Shown: positions 40,485 through 51,768, counted from the whole stretch's first letter. The stretch: DNA of 63,567 bases, filler included, from Chloroflexota bacterium (GCA_043754535.1; 6 parts of 6 records of this genome joined end to end with filler, not necessarily neighbours in it), one strand, 5' to 3'. Numbers and translations are program-made. Notes: generated from the letters alone by a model not told the origin.

Positions 40485-41153
40485 CTAAGCAGCGGCGTTG
40501 TGGGCCAGGCGGGTTGGCTCTGGCAGGCGCAGCTTGCCGCTGCTGCACAGCAGGGTGTAGCGCACCGCCGTGGCGATGCTGATGCGGTGGCCGGGCGAGA
40601 TGTAGACGGGATTTACACCACTGCGGGTTCGCACTACCGCTCCAATCTCCTCACCCTTGTCTATCAGTGGCACAGTCGCGCCCCGCTCCTGCGCCAGCTC
40701 AGCGGCGGGCTTGCCACTGAGCAGAGATTTGGCGCAGCCCAGCGTCGGCCTATCGAGCAACACACCCAGGTGGGCAGCGATGCCGAGCCGACGGGGGTGG
40801 GCGATCCCCTGTCCGTCGAACATGATCAGGTCGGGTGTGACGGTCAGCTTCGCCAGCGCAGCCAATACTGCTGGTGCCTCGCGGAAGGAGAGGAAGCCAG
40901 GGACGTAGGGGAAGTCGAGTGGCTGCTCCGCCGTGACTGCCTCTAGCAGGTCAAGCTCTGGGAAGCTGAGGACGACGATAGCGGCCCGTGCCACCCCCTT
41001 CGCGCTCATGTCTACACCTGCTATACAACGTACGCCCCCAGGTTGGTTCAGGATCGGGTCGTCCACCAGGCTAACTTGTTGGCGCAACTGCTGCTGGATC
41101 GCTACCGCCTGCTCAAAACTGACATCCCAGCGGTGCATCGGGGGGATTTCCAT
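40485..41153 (-). CDS. nfi: Endonuclease V
   Basis: IAGVD, FPYVPGFLSFRE, DGQGIAHPRRLGIAAHLG, GCAKS, RLPEPTRLAH. Confidence 0.96.
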   Translation of the reverse strand: MEIPPMHRWDVSFEQAVAIQQQLRQQVSLVDDPILNQPGGVRCIAGVDMSAKGVARAAIVVLSFPELDLLEAVTAEQPLDFPYVPGFLSFREAPAVLAALAKLTVTPDLIMFDGQGIAHPRRLGIAAHLGVLLDRPTLGCAKSLLSGKPAAELAQERGATVPLIDKGEEIGAVVRTRSGVNPVYISPGHRISIATAVRYTLLCSSGKLRLPEPTRLAHNAAA

Positions 41154-41242
41154 GTTATAATGCCTCCAAAGACTTGTTTGGCTCCTTCCCTCAGAGAGAT
41201 GGGTTGAGCCACTGAACGTGCCGATTTTGTGGGAAAGGGTGA

Positions 41243-42433
41243 ATGATGGATAGCGAAACCGCAATGGAAGTGACCGCCAGATTGCCGCTGGCTGAGTATG
41301 CTGCACGCATAAAGCGCGCCCAGGCTGGTCTGCAAGCACAGAATGTGGACTATCTGTTGCTGGCTCCGTCCAGCGACCTGCGCTACCTGACTGGCCTGGA
41401 TGCACGAGTGAGCGAACGGCTCAACCTGTTCGTCGTCCCCCGCGAGGGCAAGCCCGCCTTCTACGCCCCTGCCCTAGAAGCGATGGAACCGGCGGCCCTG
41501 GCCCAGGATGGTCTGTTCAACCTGATCGTCTGGCAGGAGGATGAGGACGCGACTGCTCTCTTTGCTCGCGCTGCCCTGCGGCGTGAGACGGACAGCGGCA
41601 ACCAGCAGACCCCGATCAGCCTGGCAGTGGGTGAGCAGATGTGGGCGGGCTTCCTGCTCCGCCTGCAACAGCAGTTGCCGCACGCGATCTGGTACCCGGC
41701 CCTGCCGATTACCGGGCCTCTGCGCCTGATTAAGACCGCCGCCGAGATCGCAGCTCTGGCCGAGATTGGGGCCGCCGCCGACGAAGTGTTCGCCCGGCTG
41801 ATCACGATCCAGTTTAGCGGGCGCAAGGAGCTTGAGATCGCCGACGTGATCAACCATATGCTGCGCGACCGGGGCCACCAGAACGTCAAGTTCGCTATCG
41901 TTGCTAGCGGGCCAAACGGGGCTTCGCCGCACCACACGGCGGGTGAGCGGGTGATCCAGGCAGGCGACTTTGTGGTGCTGGACTTCGGCGGCCCCGGCTT
42001 CCACGGCTACGGCTCGGATATCAGCCGCACTGTGTTCGTCGCGGGGGCAGCAGAGGGCTTCGAGCCAACCCCGGAGCAGATCAAGGTCTACACTACCGTG
42101 TTCGAGGCGCAGGAGCTAGCTTTTGAGGCGGTCAGGCCGGGGGTGACGGCCCAGGAGCTAGACCGCGTGGCCCGCGACCACATCGCCGCCGCTGGCTACG
42201 GCCCCGCCTTCCTGCACCGCCTCGGCCATGGCATCGGGCTGGACGGCCACGAGCCGCCCTACCTGGTACAGGGCAATGTGCAGGAGATCAGCGCAGGCAT
42301 GGCCTTCAGCGACGAACCAGGCATCTACCTGGATGGTCGCTTTGGCGTGCGGATCGAGGACATCATAGTGTGCGAGGCGAGCGGCGGGCGGCGGCTGAAC
42401 AACGCCGCACGGGAGTTGATCAGGGTGAAGTGA
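41243..42433 (+). CDS. Xaa-Pro aminopeptidase/dipeptidase (M24B)
   Basis: IVASGPNGASPHH, YGSDISRT, HRLGHGIGL..HE.P, EPGIY, GVRIEDI. Confidence 0.94.
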   Translation: MMDSETAMEVTARLPLAEYAARIKRAQAGLQAQNVDYLLLAPSSDLRYLTGLDARVSERLNLFVVPREGKPAFYAPALEAMEPAALAQDGLFNLIVWQEDEDATALFARAALRRETDSGNQQTPISLAVGEQMWAGFLLRLQQQLPHAIWYPALPITGPLRLIKTAAEIAALAEIGAAADEVFARLITIQFSGRKELEIADVINHMLRDRGHQNVKFAIVASGPNGASPHHTAGERVIQAGDFVVLDFGGPGFHGYGSDISRTVFVAGAAEGFEPTPEQIKVYTTVFEAQELAFEAVRPGVTAQELDRVARDHIAAAGYGPAFLHRLGHGIGLDGHEPPYLVQGNVQEISAGMAFSDEPGIYLDGRFGVRIEDIIVCEASGGRRLNNAARELIRVK

Positions 42434-42442
42434 GGCAAAAAG

Positions 42443-42474
42443 AAAGGGCGCACCCAGAAAAGGTGCGCCCTTCA
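42443..42474. terminator. Bidirectional terminator
   Basis: aagggcgcacc-cagaaa-aggtgcgccctt between convergent genes. Confidence 0.75.
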
Positions 42475-42513
42475 TTTAAGCTTAGCAAGGAGAAAGATAG
42501 TAGATGGTAGTTC

Positions 42514-43047
42514 TCACCTAAAGATATATACGTTAAGAACGTTTACGATCTCCACAAACGAAGAGAATGCCGTGTGTGCAGCTTCCTTCGCGTCACGAGG
42601 ACGGTTGATAGCTCCTTTAAGGGTATGGGTGGTACTGACTCGAACGCTGTTCAGCGTCCAAGCATTCTGTATAACCTGGTTGGTAAAGCGATAATCTCTT
42701 GGGAACGACCTAGATTTGCCTCCTGGAACATCTACTGAGTCGCCGTTTACAATAAGTATCAAAGTGCCAAGCCCAGCCTTGAATTCGGGATAATCCTTAA
42801 TGATTTTCATGAGGTTTTCCAGTGCGAAGCAGCTAAAAAGAGCATCCATAGCTTGGCCTGCAAGAGCAGGTACTGCTAGAGTAATACCCAGTTCATAGCA
42901 CCGTTTCATTTGGTTTTCATTAGTGTAAAATATACCAATCAGCAGCTTTCGGATTACATCGATGTCATTGATCAAGCTCATTACCTTTCTCTTTAATTCA
43001 TCATAGATTGATGAAATGAGTTGTTTTAGTAATAGCTTTAGGTACAA
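42514..43047 (-). CDS. Hypothetical protein, AT-rich (start uncertain)
   Basis: 177-aa ORF in an AT-rich island with upstream consensus promoter. Confidence 0.55.
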   Translation of the reverse strand: MYLKLLLKQLISSIYDELKRKVMSLINDIDVIRKLLIGIFYTNENQMKRCYELGITLAVPALAGQAMDALFSCFALENLMKIIKDYPEFKAGLGTLILIVNGDSVDVPGGKSRSFPRDYRFTNQVIQNAWTLNSVRVSTTHTLKGAINRPRDAKEAAHTAFSSFVEIVNVLNVYIFR

Positions 43048-43129
43048 ACTTTGTCTGCTACCTTGTCTCCTTCCTATTCAGTTGTTAAGGTACTTGCTTG
43101 CAGCCGAGTATCTGCTTGGCTACATCACC

Positions 43130-43158
43130 ATTATAGCATGAAGACACCAGCCTGTCAA
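43130..43158 (-). promoter_or_regulatory. Consensus sigma-70 promoter
   Basis: Minus strand TTGACA-N17-TATAAT. Confidence 0.7.
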
Positions 43159-43280
43159 TACCTTTGTAGAGCAACTGCTGGAAGTGGTTTTTGACAGGTG
43201 GTATTTGGTAAGGTTTTGGTAAGGTTGGTTGTACCTGACCTGCGGTCAACTTCTTCGATTAGCTATCGGGCGGCTAGCGT

Positions 43281-43400
43281 AGCCTTGACCCTCTTCACCA
43301 GTTCGTCGTGCAGGGCGTGGCGGTTGCGCTCTTGTAGCTTGCCCGACCCTTGCAGGTAGGCAAAGTGATCGGTTAACCGCCCTTACTAGCTGGCCGTAGC
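43281..43400 (-). repeat. Diverged duplicate of meaB 3' region
   Basis: accagttcgtc.tgcagggcgtggcggttgcgctcttg.agc.tgcccgacccttgcaggtagg shared with about 44860-44960. Confidence 0.85.
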
Positions 43401-43422
43401 GATCAGTTGCACCGAGGATCAG

Positions 43423-44703
43423 TTAGCGCGGCCACTCTACCTGGTCTACGTAGAAGGTGCTGGGCGCAGTGGGGTTGCTGCGGCTGAGGCGCAAGCGCAG
43501 GCTGTAGGGGGACTGGTAGCCGCTGGGTAGAGTCAGATTCAGGGTTGACCACTGACCAGGCTTGAGCGTAGCGGCTGGGCTGCGGTGGCTGCGCCCGCCC
43601 TCTAGCACTTCCAGCACTGCGCTGCTGGTGCCGCCATCGCCCGCAGCCACGCTGACCTCGGCGGTAAGCACGCCGCTGGCAGCTACTACTGGCACGCCGA
43701 CGATCAGCAGTTCCGATCCTCCACCCGCCACGCTGATCTGCAAGGCACGTTCGCCAGCGAACTTCAGTGCGCTTGTAGTTGTGAAGCTGACAGTGGTAAG
43801 GGGGGTATAGGTTGGCAGGGCTGCGCCAGTCGCCTCGTCCAACACCCACCAGCCTTGCGGGCCGCGTTCAAAGTCAAAAGGCAGCGCGAGGGTGTTGAAG
43901 GAGCGCACCACAAACAGCGCGAAGTCAGCCTTGCTGATCGGCGCGTGTGGTAGGAAGCAGCGATCCACCCGCCCTGGGATCGGCGTGGGGCAAGGGCCGC
44001 CCTCGAAGATGCCCAGCGGCGCGAGGGAATAGGTGTCCGTGTACCAGGTCTTGCCCGGTGAAATATCGGCGTAGACACGCTGGGGCGGCAACTGGTCGGC
44101 ATAGCCCCGCGCCTTCTTGATTACCCGCTCGGTCTGGCCCCGCGTCACCTCCCAGGATGGTCGGAAGCAGGGTTTGCTTGGCACTGGTGTAGCTGCCATC
44201 ACGCAGCGCACGGGGATGTAGCCGGTCAGCACCCCATCGCGCACGCCCGACTCGATGGCAACGAAGTAGGGGTCGCTGGCTGGCACATCGTAGAAGGTGT
44301 TGTCGGCTGGGCTGTAGATCGGGATGTTGTAGGAGCGTTGCAGTACGGCGGTAAACTCGTCGCGGCGGGTTATCCTGTCGGGGTCGAAGTCGTAGCTGCC
44401 ATCGGCGTTGAGTGTGGCAGTCATGATACCGTGACAGACCACATACTGGGTGGCAGTGTAATACTTGCTATCCGCCGCCACATCACGGAAGCGATAAGTG
44501 GGGCAGGTGGTGGCAGCGACAGCTACACCCGCTATAGTACGTGGCACCGGCGCAGGCTGGTTGAACCACAGCGCAGCCAGGGTTGCCGCTGCGACCAGCA
44601 GCAACCCAACGACCAGGAGCAGATTACGATTGAGCTTCAAGATGAATAAACCTCTGTGGTTGCTACAGAGCTGTCGCTGCGAACGGTGAAGTTGCTGGCT
44701 CAT
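43423..44703 (-). CDS. S-layer homology (SLH) domain protein (start uncertain)
   Basis: N-terminal TM; FRDV...YY, FDPDRITRRDEF, FYDVPASDPYF, FRPSWEVTRGQ SLH-like repeats. Confidence 0.8.
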   Translation of the reverse strand: MSQQLHRSQRQLCSNHRGLFILKLNRNLLLVVGLLLVAAATLAALWFNQPAPVPRTIAGVAVAATTCPTYRFRDVAADSKYYTATQYVVCHGIMTATLNADGSYDFDPDRITRRDEFTAVLQRSYNIPIYSPADNTFYDVPASDPYFVAIESGVRDGVLTGYIPVRCVMAATPVPSKPCFRPSWEVTRGQTERVIKKARGYADQLPPQRVYADISPGKTWYTDTYSLAPLGIFEGGPCPTPIPGRVDRCFLPHAPISKADFALFVVRSFNTLALPFDFERGPQGWWVLDEATGAALPTYTPLTTVSFTTTSALKFAGERALQISVAGGGSELLIVGVPVVAASGVLTAEVSVAAGDGGTSSAVLEVLEGGRSHRSPAATLKPGQWSTLNLTLPSGYQSPYSLRLRLSRSNPTAPSTFYVDQVEWPR

Positions 44704-44733
44704 TCTACCACAAGCGACAGCGGCTAACCAACG

Positions 44734-45666
44734 CTAGTGGCTGACCTCGGCGATCAGTTGCTGGGCCGCCGTAGAGATGTCGGTCTCGCGGCTGAGGAGG
44801 TCGTCCAGCAGTTTGCTACCCTCCGCGCTGTTTAGCCGCTGTAGGGCGCGGGTAGCTAGCTCGGCCTTTACCCGCTCTACCAGTTCGTCATGCAGGGCGT
44901 GGCGGTTGCGCTCTTGCAGCCTGCCCGACCCTTGCAGGTAGGTGAAGTGGTCGGCCACCGCCGCCGCCAGTTGCGCGGTACCATCTCCCTGGCTGGCTAT
45001 CGTCTTGACAATCGGCGGCTTCCAGTCGTAGTGCGAGTAGCTGAGCATGGTGCGGAGGTGGGTAGCTAGCTTATCAGCCCCCTCGCGGTCGGCCTTGTTG
45101 ACCACCAGCACGTCGGCGATCTCCAGAATGCCTGCCTTGATGCTCTGCACGTCGTCACCCAGCCCCGGCACTTCGACGAGGATGGTAGTCTGCGCCGCCT
45201 TAGCGATGCTAACCTCATCCTGGCCCGCCCCGACTGTCTCGATCACGATCAGGTCAAAGCGCGCTGCGTCTAGCACACGCACGGTGTCGTTAGTCGCTGC
45301 ACTAAGGCCACCGACCATGCCGCGACTCGCCATGCTGCGGATGTACACGCCGTCGTCACCGTAGAACTCCTGCATCCTAATGCGGTCACCCAGCACGGCA
45401 CCGCCACTGAGGCTGCTGCTGGGGTCGACCGCAACAATAGCCACCCGCTTGCCAAGATTGCGGTAGAAGTGGATCATCTGGTTAACCAGTGTACTCTTGC
45501 CTGCTCCCGGTGGCCCAGTCACGCCCAGGACTCGCGCCCCGCCCAGGTGCAGGTTGATATCACGCAGCACAGCAGCGGCACGGGGGCCACCGTTCTCCAC
45601 CGTGCTGATCGCCCGCGTCAGGGTTAGCTTATCGCCCGCCTGTAGCTTCTCGACCAGTTCGCTCAT
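44734..45666 (-). CDS. meaB: B12 mutase-associated GTPase
   Basis: [43 protein letters not shown]. Confidence 0.95.
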   Translation of the reverse strand: MSELVEKLQAGDKLTLTRAISTVENGGPRAAAVLRDINLHLGGARVLGVTGPPGAGKSTLVNQMIHFYRNLGKRVAIVAVDPSSSLSGGAVLGDRIRMQEFYGDDGVYIRSMASRGMVGGLSAATNDTVRVLDAARFDLIVIETVGAGQDEVSIAKAAQTTILVEVPGLGDDVQSIKAGILEIADVLVVNKADREGADKLATHLRTMLSYSHYDWKPPIVKTIASQGDGTAQLAAAVADHFTYLQGSGRLQERNRHALHDELVERVKAELATRALQRLNSAEGSKLLDDLLSRETDISTAAQQLIAEVSH

Positions 45667-46337
45667 CCCGGCTGCTCGCCCGGCTCGGCGTGCGAGGTCG
45701 CTACGCTGCCCGGCTCGACCGCCGCCCCGCTAGCCTGGTTGAGCTTGCTGTTCGGCTCGTGGATCGCATTGGGCTTGACGATATTGCGATGGTGGCCCGT
45801 CTCGTCACCTGCCAGGGCGGGGTTGCCTGCTGTGGCAAGGCCCGGCACTTCGCCGAGGATCGTCTCTACCGCTGGTAGGCTGGCAAGGCTGAAGCTTTCG
45901 CCGCGCTCTATTGCCGCGTGGCGGGCCTGTGCGTCGGCGGCGATCAGGGCTGCGATGCTGTCCAGCGTCGCGCCAGGGCCGAACACGGCACGGATGCCCC
46001 AGGCCCGAATCTGCGCCATGTCCTCATCTGGGATGATCCCGCCTGCGTAAACTGGCACATCCGCGATCCCACGCTGGCGTAGCTCGGCCATCACGCGAGG
46101 AAAGAGGGCCATGTGCGCGCCGCTGAGGATGCTGAGGCCAACCGCGTCCACATCCTCTTGCAAAGCAGCCTCGGCTACCATCTGCGGGGTTTGGTGCAGG
46201 CCAGTGTAGATCACCTCCATGCCCGCGTCGCGTAGGGCGCGGGTCAGCACCTTCGCTCCCCGGTCGTGGCCGTCCAGCCCCGGTTTGGCAATCAGCACGC
46301 GCACCTTGCGTGTACCCGGCATCGTCGTTGATGTCAT
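45663..46337 (-). CDS. Acyl-CoA mutase small (cobalamin-binding) subunit
   Basis: [10 protein letters not shown] (DxHxxG), [14 protein letters not shown]. Confidence 0.94.
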   Translation of the reverse strand: MTSTTMPGTRKVRVLIAKPGLDGHDRGAKVLTRALRDAGMEVIYTGLHQTPQMVAEAALQEDVDAVGLSILSGAHMALFPRVMAELRQRGIADVPVYAGGIIPDEDMAQIRAWGIRAVFGPGATLDSIAALIAADAQARHAAIERGESFSLASLPAVETILGEVPGLATAGNPALAGDETGHHRNIVKPNAIHEPNSKLNQASGAAVEPGSVATSHAEPGEQPG

Positions 46338-47626
46338 TGTATGTTCCTTTCCTGATGGCTATGAACTGCTGCCTCGCGCATTGGCTCTGACTTCGCTGGG
46401 GCAGGCAACTGCTGGCGCAGGCGTATGCGGATAAAGGGCCGCTCGATCAAGGTGTAGAAGATGAAGGCTAGAGGCAGGGTAACAAGCATGGTGAGGCCGA
46501 TGGCTGCCAGGATTGCCAACCCCTCGCTTGGCATCTGCAAGGCCAACGGCACGACTAGCTTGCGAGTAATCGGCTCATTCCACAGGTAGAGGCTGTATGA
46601 TACACCGCCGATGAAGATCAGGAACCGTCCCGACAAGGCTCGCGCCCACCTAGGCCAGCCCAGTATTACCCCCAGCAGCAGCCCGCTGTAGCAAATCGCC
46701 ATGATTGGTTCGCGGAAGAAGTAGTTGATCGTGTTCAGCGCGTCTGAGGGTTTGCTTGCATCAGCCGGGCGCATGACCACGTTGAGCAAGATGAAGGCCA
46801 GGTAGAGCGTGGCTCCCACCAGCCCTGCGATCTTGCCCAACCGTTGCGCCTGCGCCGCTGGCAGCCAGCTAACTTTGGCCTCGGTCGCCGCGATGTAGAG
46901 GATGCTAGCCGCGATCCCCAGCGCAAAGCTGCCGAAGTAGCGAGCCAGCGACAGCCCACCAGCGATGGTGAAGCCCTGCGTCGGCCACACGATCAGCGTC
47001 GTCAGCCAACTGTAGAGCGGTGAGGCCAGCAGCCCTGCCACAATCGCCGTTGTCAGCCAGCCCCAGCGTCCGCGCCTGCCCAGCGCGACCAGCCCCGCCG
47101 CCACCAGTGGTAGCAGCAGGTAGAACTGCACCTCAATCGCCATTGACCAGTACACTGGGTTGATCGTGCCAAACGTTGTAGGGTCGAAGTTGTGGATCAG
47201 CAGGAAGTGCTTGATCACGTCGGGCCACTTCTCTTGCTTCTCGATGTAGCCAGGGGCGATCAAGATGACGATCAGCAGCAGCGAGGTCCAGTAGCCAGGG
47301 AGGATGCGGAGGGCGCGTTTGCGGTAGAAGCTGGTGGGGCTGGGCTGCTGGCCAATGCTAAACAGCCGTCGGGCATAGGGCATGAACAAGAGGAAGCCAG
47401 AGAGGACGAAGAACAGGCTGACCCCAGTCGCGCCAAAGCCCCACACCGCCCGCACCTTCTCCGCATCCATCAGGCCAAGTGCCGTCCAGCCCCGACCTCG
47501 TGCGTCACGGGTCAGGGTATGGGTGACGTGCAGCATCACGATCAGCAGCACCGCTACCCCGCGCAAGCCATCGAGCGGTTGCGTGTGTTGGGTTGCTGCA
47601 CTAAGCGGACGCAGGCGCGCCCACAT
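46334..47626 (-). CDS. Acyltransferase family 3 (OafA-like) membrane protein
   Basis: [49 protein letters not shown]. Confidence 0.92.
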   Translation of the reverse strand: MWARLRPLSAATQHTQPLDGLRGVAVLLIVMLHVTHTLTRDARGRGWTALGLMDAEKVRAVWGFGATGVSLFFVLSGFLLFMPYARRLFSIGQQPSPTSFYRKRALRILPGYWTSLLLIVILIAPGYIEKQEKWPDVIKHFLLIHNFDPTTFGTINPVYWSMAIEVQFYLLLPLVAAGLVALGRRGRWGWLTTAIVAGLLASPLYSWLTTLIVWPTQGFTIAGGLSLARYFGSFALGIAASILYIAATEAKVSWLPAAQAQRLGKIAGLVGATLYLAFILLNVVMRPADASKPSDALNTINYFFREPIMAICYSGLLLGVILGWPRWARALSGRFLIFIGGVSYSLYLWNEPITRKLVVPLALQMPSEGLAILAAIGLTMLVTLPLAFIFYTLIERPFIRIRLRQQLPAPAKSEPMREAAVHSHQERNIQ

Positions 47627-47697
47627 CCGACTCCAGCCCAACCCCTCCTCCAAACCTGACCTCCTCTCAGCCGCTGTTGTATTGGCTAGAGCTAAAC

Positions 47698-49380
47698 CTA
47701 AACCACATTGCTGTGGCGTTGGACTCCCCACACCTGCTTGAGGGCGGTGGTGATCTCGCCCAGGGTGGCGTAGGCGTTGGCCGCTTCAACCAGGGCGGGC
47801 ATCAGGTTCTCGTCCCCGCTCGCCGCCGCCTTGACGTGAGCGATAGCGGCAGTTACCCGCTCAGCATCTCGTTCGCTGCGTATCTTCTGCAAGCGGGCCA
47901 GGTGCCGTTGCTCACCCTGCGGATCCATCTGCAAGATTGGCAGTTCGAGCGGCTCATCTACCACGTAGTCGTTCACGCCAACCATAATCCGCTGCTTGTT
48001 GTCGATCTCGCGCTGGTATTGATAGCTGGCTTGCGAAATCTCACCTTGCTGGAAGTTCTCCTTGATCGCAGGCAGTACCCCACCATACTCGCGGATGCGG
48101 TCGAAGTACTCATAGGCCCCGCGCTCAAGCTGGTTGGTCAGTGCCTCCACAAAGTAGCTGCCCCCTAGTGGGTCGGCGGTATTGATCACCCCACTCTCCT
48201 CAGCGATGATCTGCTGGGTACGTAGCGCAATGCGTACTGCCTTGTCGCTCGGCAAGGCGAGAGCTTCATCCATCGAGTTGGTGTGCAGAGACTGGGTGCC
48301 ACCCATCACCGCTGCCAATGCCTGGATTGTGGTGCGGACGATGTTCATCTCTGGCTGCTGGGCAGTTAGACTGCACCCTGCTGTCTGGGTGTGGAAGCGC
48401 AGCCAGAGCGAGCGGTCACTCTGTGCGCCGTAGCGGTGCTTCAGTTCCCGCGCCCAGATGCGCCGTGCCGCCCTATACTTGGCGATCTCCTCAAAGAAGT
48501 CGTTGTGCGCGTTGAAGAAGTAGCTGAGGCGGGGGGCGAAGTCATCCACGCTCATCCCCCGCTTGATGCACTCCTCTACGTAGCAGAAGCCGTCGGCCAG
48601 GGTGAAAGCAAGCTCCTGCACGGCAGTGCTGCCCGCCTCACGAATGTGGTAGCCGCTGATGCTCACTGTATTCCAGCGCGGCAGCTCTTTGCTGCCAAAC
48701 TCAATTGTGTCGATCACCAGGCGCAGGCTTGGTTCGTGCGGGAAGATGAAGGTGTTCTGGGCGATGTACTCTTTGAGGATGTCGTTCTGGATCGTGCCGC
48801 CCAGCTTCGCACGGGGGAAGCCGCGCTTCTCTGCCGCCGCGATGTAGAAGGCCCACATGATAGCCGCTGGGCCGTTGATCGTCATCGAGGTCGTGACCTG
48901 GTCTAGGGGGATACCATCGAACAGAATCTCCATGTCGGCCATGCTGCTCACCCCCACGCCGACCTTGCCGAACTCGCCGAGGGCCATTTCGTCGTCGCTG
49001 TCGTAGCCGTATAGGGTGGGGAAATCGAAGGCAGTGGAGAGGCCAGTTTCACCGTGTGAGAGCAGATACTTGAAGCGGGCGTTGGTCTCCTCCACCGAGC
49101 CGAAGCCCGCGAACATCCGCATCGTCCACGACTTGCCGCGATACATGGTCGGGTGGATACCCCGCGTGAATGGAAACTCCCCAGGGAAGCCGAGGTCGCG
49201 TTGGTAGTCGAACTCAGGCACGTCGGCTGGCGTATAAAGGCGGTCAACCGGCGTGCTAGAGGTAGTCATGAACAGTTTAGTCGGCTTGATCTCGCCGCCC
49301 TTCGTCAGGCTCTGCTTGAGGGTGCTACCCTCCCAGCGTTCGCGCTCCTTCGTTACCTTGTAGGTTGCGTCCTTGTCCAT
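47698..49380 (-). CDS. Acyl-CoA mutase large subunit, isobutyryl-CoA mutase-like specificity residues
   Basis: [51 protein letters not shown]. Confidence 0.92.
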   Translation of the reverse strand: MDKDATYKVTKERERWEGSTLKQSLTKGGEIKPTKLFMTTSSTPVDRLYTPADVPEFDYQRDLGFPGEFPFTRGIHPTMYRGKSWTMRMFAGFGSVEETNARFKYLLSHGETGLSTAFDFPTLYGYDSDDEMALGEFGKVGVGVSSMADMEILFDGIPLDQVTTSMTINGPAAIMWAFYIAAAEKRGFPRAKLGGTIQNDILKEYIAQNTFIFPHEPSLRLVIDTIEFGSKELPRWNTVSISGYHIREAGSTAVQELAFTLADGFCYVEECIKRGMSVDDFAPRLSYFFNAHNDFFEEIAKYRAARRIWARELKHRYGAQSDRSLWLRFHTQTAGCSLTAQQPEMNIVRTTIQALAAVMGGTQSLHTNSMDEALALPSDKAVRIALRTQQIIAEESGVINTADPLGGSYFVEALTNQLERGAYEYFDRIREYGGVLPAIKENFQQGEISQASYQYQREIDNKQRIMVGVNDYVVDEPLELPILQMDPQGEQRHLARLQKIRSERDAERVTAAIAHVKAAASGDENLMPALVEAANAYATLGEITTALKQVWGVQRHSNVV

Positions 49381-49443
49381 TACCTGCCTCCTCCACTACT
49401 TTGTGGCTTGAAGATTAAAGGTCATTGGGGCAATCGACCCTGC

Positions 49444-50436
49444 TTATTTCTCGCTGCCAGCTAGTGGCTTGGGCCTGCGCGCCTCCCAGGCCAGGTCGCT
49501 ACCATCGTCGGCAGTGGTGGGGAAGCGAGGACGTAGCCAACCGGCAATTACCCAGCCGAGAGCTGCCCACAGCACGCTAGCCAGCGTCACCGGCCAGAGC
49601 AGTTCGAGGCTGCCCACGCTCTTGCTGCCAAAGCCCACCCCAGTGGTCAGGGCCATGATCGTGCCATAGTAGAGCGTAGCCAGGCCTAGCCAGCCCAGCC
49701 AGCCAACCCCCGCCTGTTGCCGCTTGATTGCGTAGAAGACGAGGACGCTAAGGCCGACATAGATGGCGATGAAGATCGCCTCTTGCAGCACCAGGGCGAG
49801 GCCAACTAGCGGGTTGCTGTTCAGCGCGTCCAGTTCTGGCTGCGAACCCAGTGGTACCCTGCCGCTGGTGAGGATGCCCGCGTTGGCGACCAGGTAGATC
49901 ACGCTATGGGTCAGCGTCGCTATCGTACCATAGCCCACCCCGAAGCCAACCGCCCCACGCCAGCCGCCAGCCTTGAGCGGCCCAGCGGCGATGCTACCCA
50001 CTACCAGGGCGTTGATCGCCCCAACTAGCAGCCCATCCCAGATGCTGAGGCTGACGGTGTTGAAGCCCCAGCCCACCAGCAGCCTGTGGATGTCTGGGTT
50101 GACCACACCCGTGATAAACGACTGAAAGAAGATTATCCCAATCCAGGCTACCATCCCCTGTCCAACATAGGGACGCGGCAACTTGTAGCGCACGGTGAGG
50201 ATGATCGCGTAGACCACAACGGCGAGGCTGCCGAAGCCGGGGATCAGCAGGAAGGGGCCATAGTTGACTGCCACCGTGTTGCTGCCGCCGGTAGTGCTGG
50301 GTAGCACGGCGCGGCCTGCGTTCGTCTCTGCGCTAAAAGGCCCGTTGATCGCCAGTAGCCAAATCACGTAGAGGATGCCCGCCATCAGGACGCTGGCAAT
50401 GAGGTAGTCTATCGGCTTGCGGTTGGTTTTTGCCAT
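49444..50436 (-). CDS. Multi-pass membrane protein (distant YhfC-like)
   Basis: Many TM helices, 'GFGVGYG' motif; canonical catalytic EE not evident. Confidence 0.55.
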   Translation of the reverse strand: MAKTNRKPIDYLIASVLMAGILYVIWLLAINGPFSAETNAGRAVLPSTTGGSNTVAVNYGPFLLIPGFGSLAVVVYAIILTVRYKLPRPYVGQGMVAWIGIIFFQSFITGVVNPDIHRLLVGWGFNTVSLSIWDGLLVGAINALVVGSIAAGPLKAGGWRGAVGFGVGYGTIATLTHSVIYLVANAGILTSGRVPLGSQPELDALNSNPLVGLALVLQEAIFIAIYVGLSVLVFYAIKRQQAGVGWLGWLGLATLYYGTIMALTTGVGFGSKSVGSLELLWPVTLASVLWAALGWVIAGWLRPRFPTTADDGSDLAWEARRPKPLAGSEK

Positions 50437-50619
50437 GTTGTTGTCTCTAGGAGTAAGGGCATAAACTTGCGCCCAGTCGCGCTGGCTTGTGTGCCTCCTC
50501 ATTTTACCACTTTTGGCCCGGAGTCGCTAATTCGACTGCTGTCTAGGGTTGTGCGGAGCAGCTAGTAGCCTGGCTACTCTGCTTGCGATCCACATCGTCT
50601 GCTGGGTCAACCTGCTGGC

Positions 50620-51624
50620 TCAACTCGCGCCCGCTTTGAAGTCGGCACGCCAATCGGCATGGGGGGTACGGCTGGCTATCTCGTCGGCCAGGCGGTCGTA
50701 GGTGGGGGCGGCGAAGTAGTCGTCGGCGATCTCCAGGGTGTGCGTCTCGTCGGCCAGGGTGAGGGTGCGGCGGGCGGCAGCGGACGGCTGATAGTCCTCG
50801 GCTTCGCGCACCTCTGCCCAGGTGATAGTCCCCTGCACTCTCCCACCCCGTTGTACCGTCAGTTCCTCTGCGGTCAGTGCGTAAGAGAGCGGGGGCATGA
50901 ACGCCTGCCAGCCACGTAGCAGCAGCAGCCAGAGGATGGGAAAGAGGATGCTTCCGCCATAAACAAACCAGTCCGCCAGGTTGAGCGCGCCCAGCCCGTA
51001 CGTCTCGCTCACCCACAGCAGCCCGCTTGCGCCATAGATCACCGCTGGGCCGAGCAGCAGCCAGTATAGCAACAAGGGTCGCCTATCCTCCACAAAGCGC
51101 AACGCCGGTTCATCAAGCCCCTCGCTGGTCGGGGTGGCTGGCTGACTATCGGGGCGCAGGAAGGCGTAGAAGCTGGCGGCCAGCAGCAGCAGGTTGGGGC
51201 CAAGCCAGGCCAGCAGCAATGCTGTGCTATAGGTCAGCGGCGGCAGGCCTAGCCAGTGTGTGAAAGCCGACCCCGCCCCCTCCTGGGCTATCGCCCCACC
51301 AAAGCCCGACACCACATTGCTGGCAACCAGTAGCACGGCCACCGCCACGGCCTGGGCCAGCAGCATAAAGATGAGCAGGACAGCACGAGCAGCCATGCTC
51401 CCACGCTGCCGAGCGCAACGCAGGCCGAGATAGAGGATCAGGGTGATGGCAAAGAGGAGAATGAAGCAGAAGTCGCGTACTACCTGCGCGTCCAATGCGG
51501 TCGCGTCGCTACCATAGATCGCCGCGTGTCTGGGTAGGGTTAGCAGCAGCAACACCCCGTAGCTGACCAGCCAGAGGATCAGCAGCAGATAGCGCAAGCG
51601 GCTTTGGCGTAGGTTTGTTGGCAT
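50620..51624 (-). CDS. Hypothetical membrane protein
   Basis: Start MPTNLRQ; several TM helices plus a C-terminal PH-like segment. The upstream part of the 718-aa ORF is an antisense shadow of the acyl-CoA dehydrogenase. Confidence 0.65.
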   Translation of the reverse strand: MPTNLRQSRLRYLLLILWLVSYGVLLLLTLPRHAAIYGSDATALDAQVVRDFCFILLFAITLILYLGLRCARQRGSMAARAVLLIFMLLAQAVAVAVLLVASNVVSGFGGAIAQEGAGSAFTHWLGLPPLTYSTALLLAWLGPNLLLLAASFYAFLRPDSQPATPTSEGLDEPALRFVEDRRPLLLYWLLLGPAVIYGASGLLWVSETYGLGALNLADWFVYGGSILFPILWLLLLRGWQAFMPPLSYALTAEELTVQRGGRVQGTITWAEVREAEDYQPSAAARRTLTLADETHTLEIADDYFAAPTYDRLADEIASRTPHADWRADFKAGAS

Positions 51625-51768
51625 GAGAGGATTATAGCACAAAGGGGAGGTTAGATTTCCAGCTTCGCCTATTAGACTCCCCCATCTCCATATGCTATAA
51701 TACCTCATCTGACCATAGTCACGACTTTCACTGACCGGGCGCGACGATACAAGGAGGTATCTTCGATT

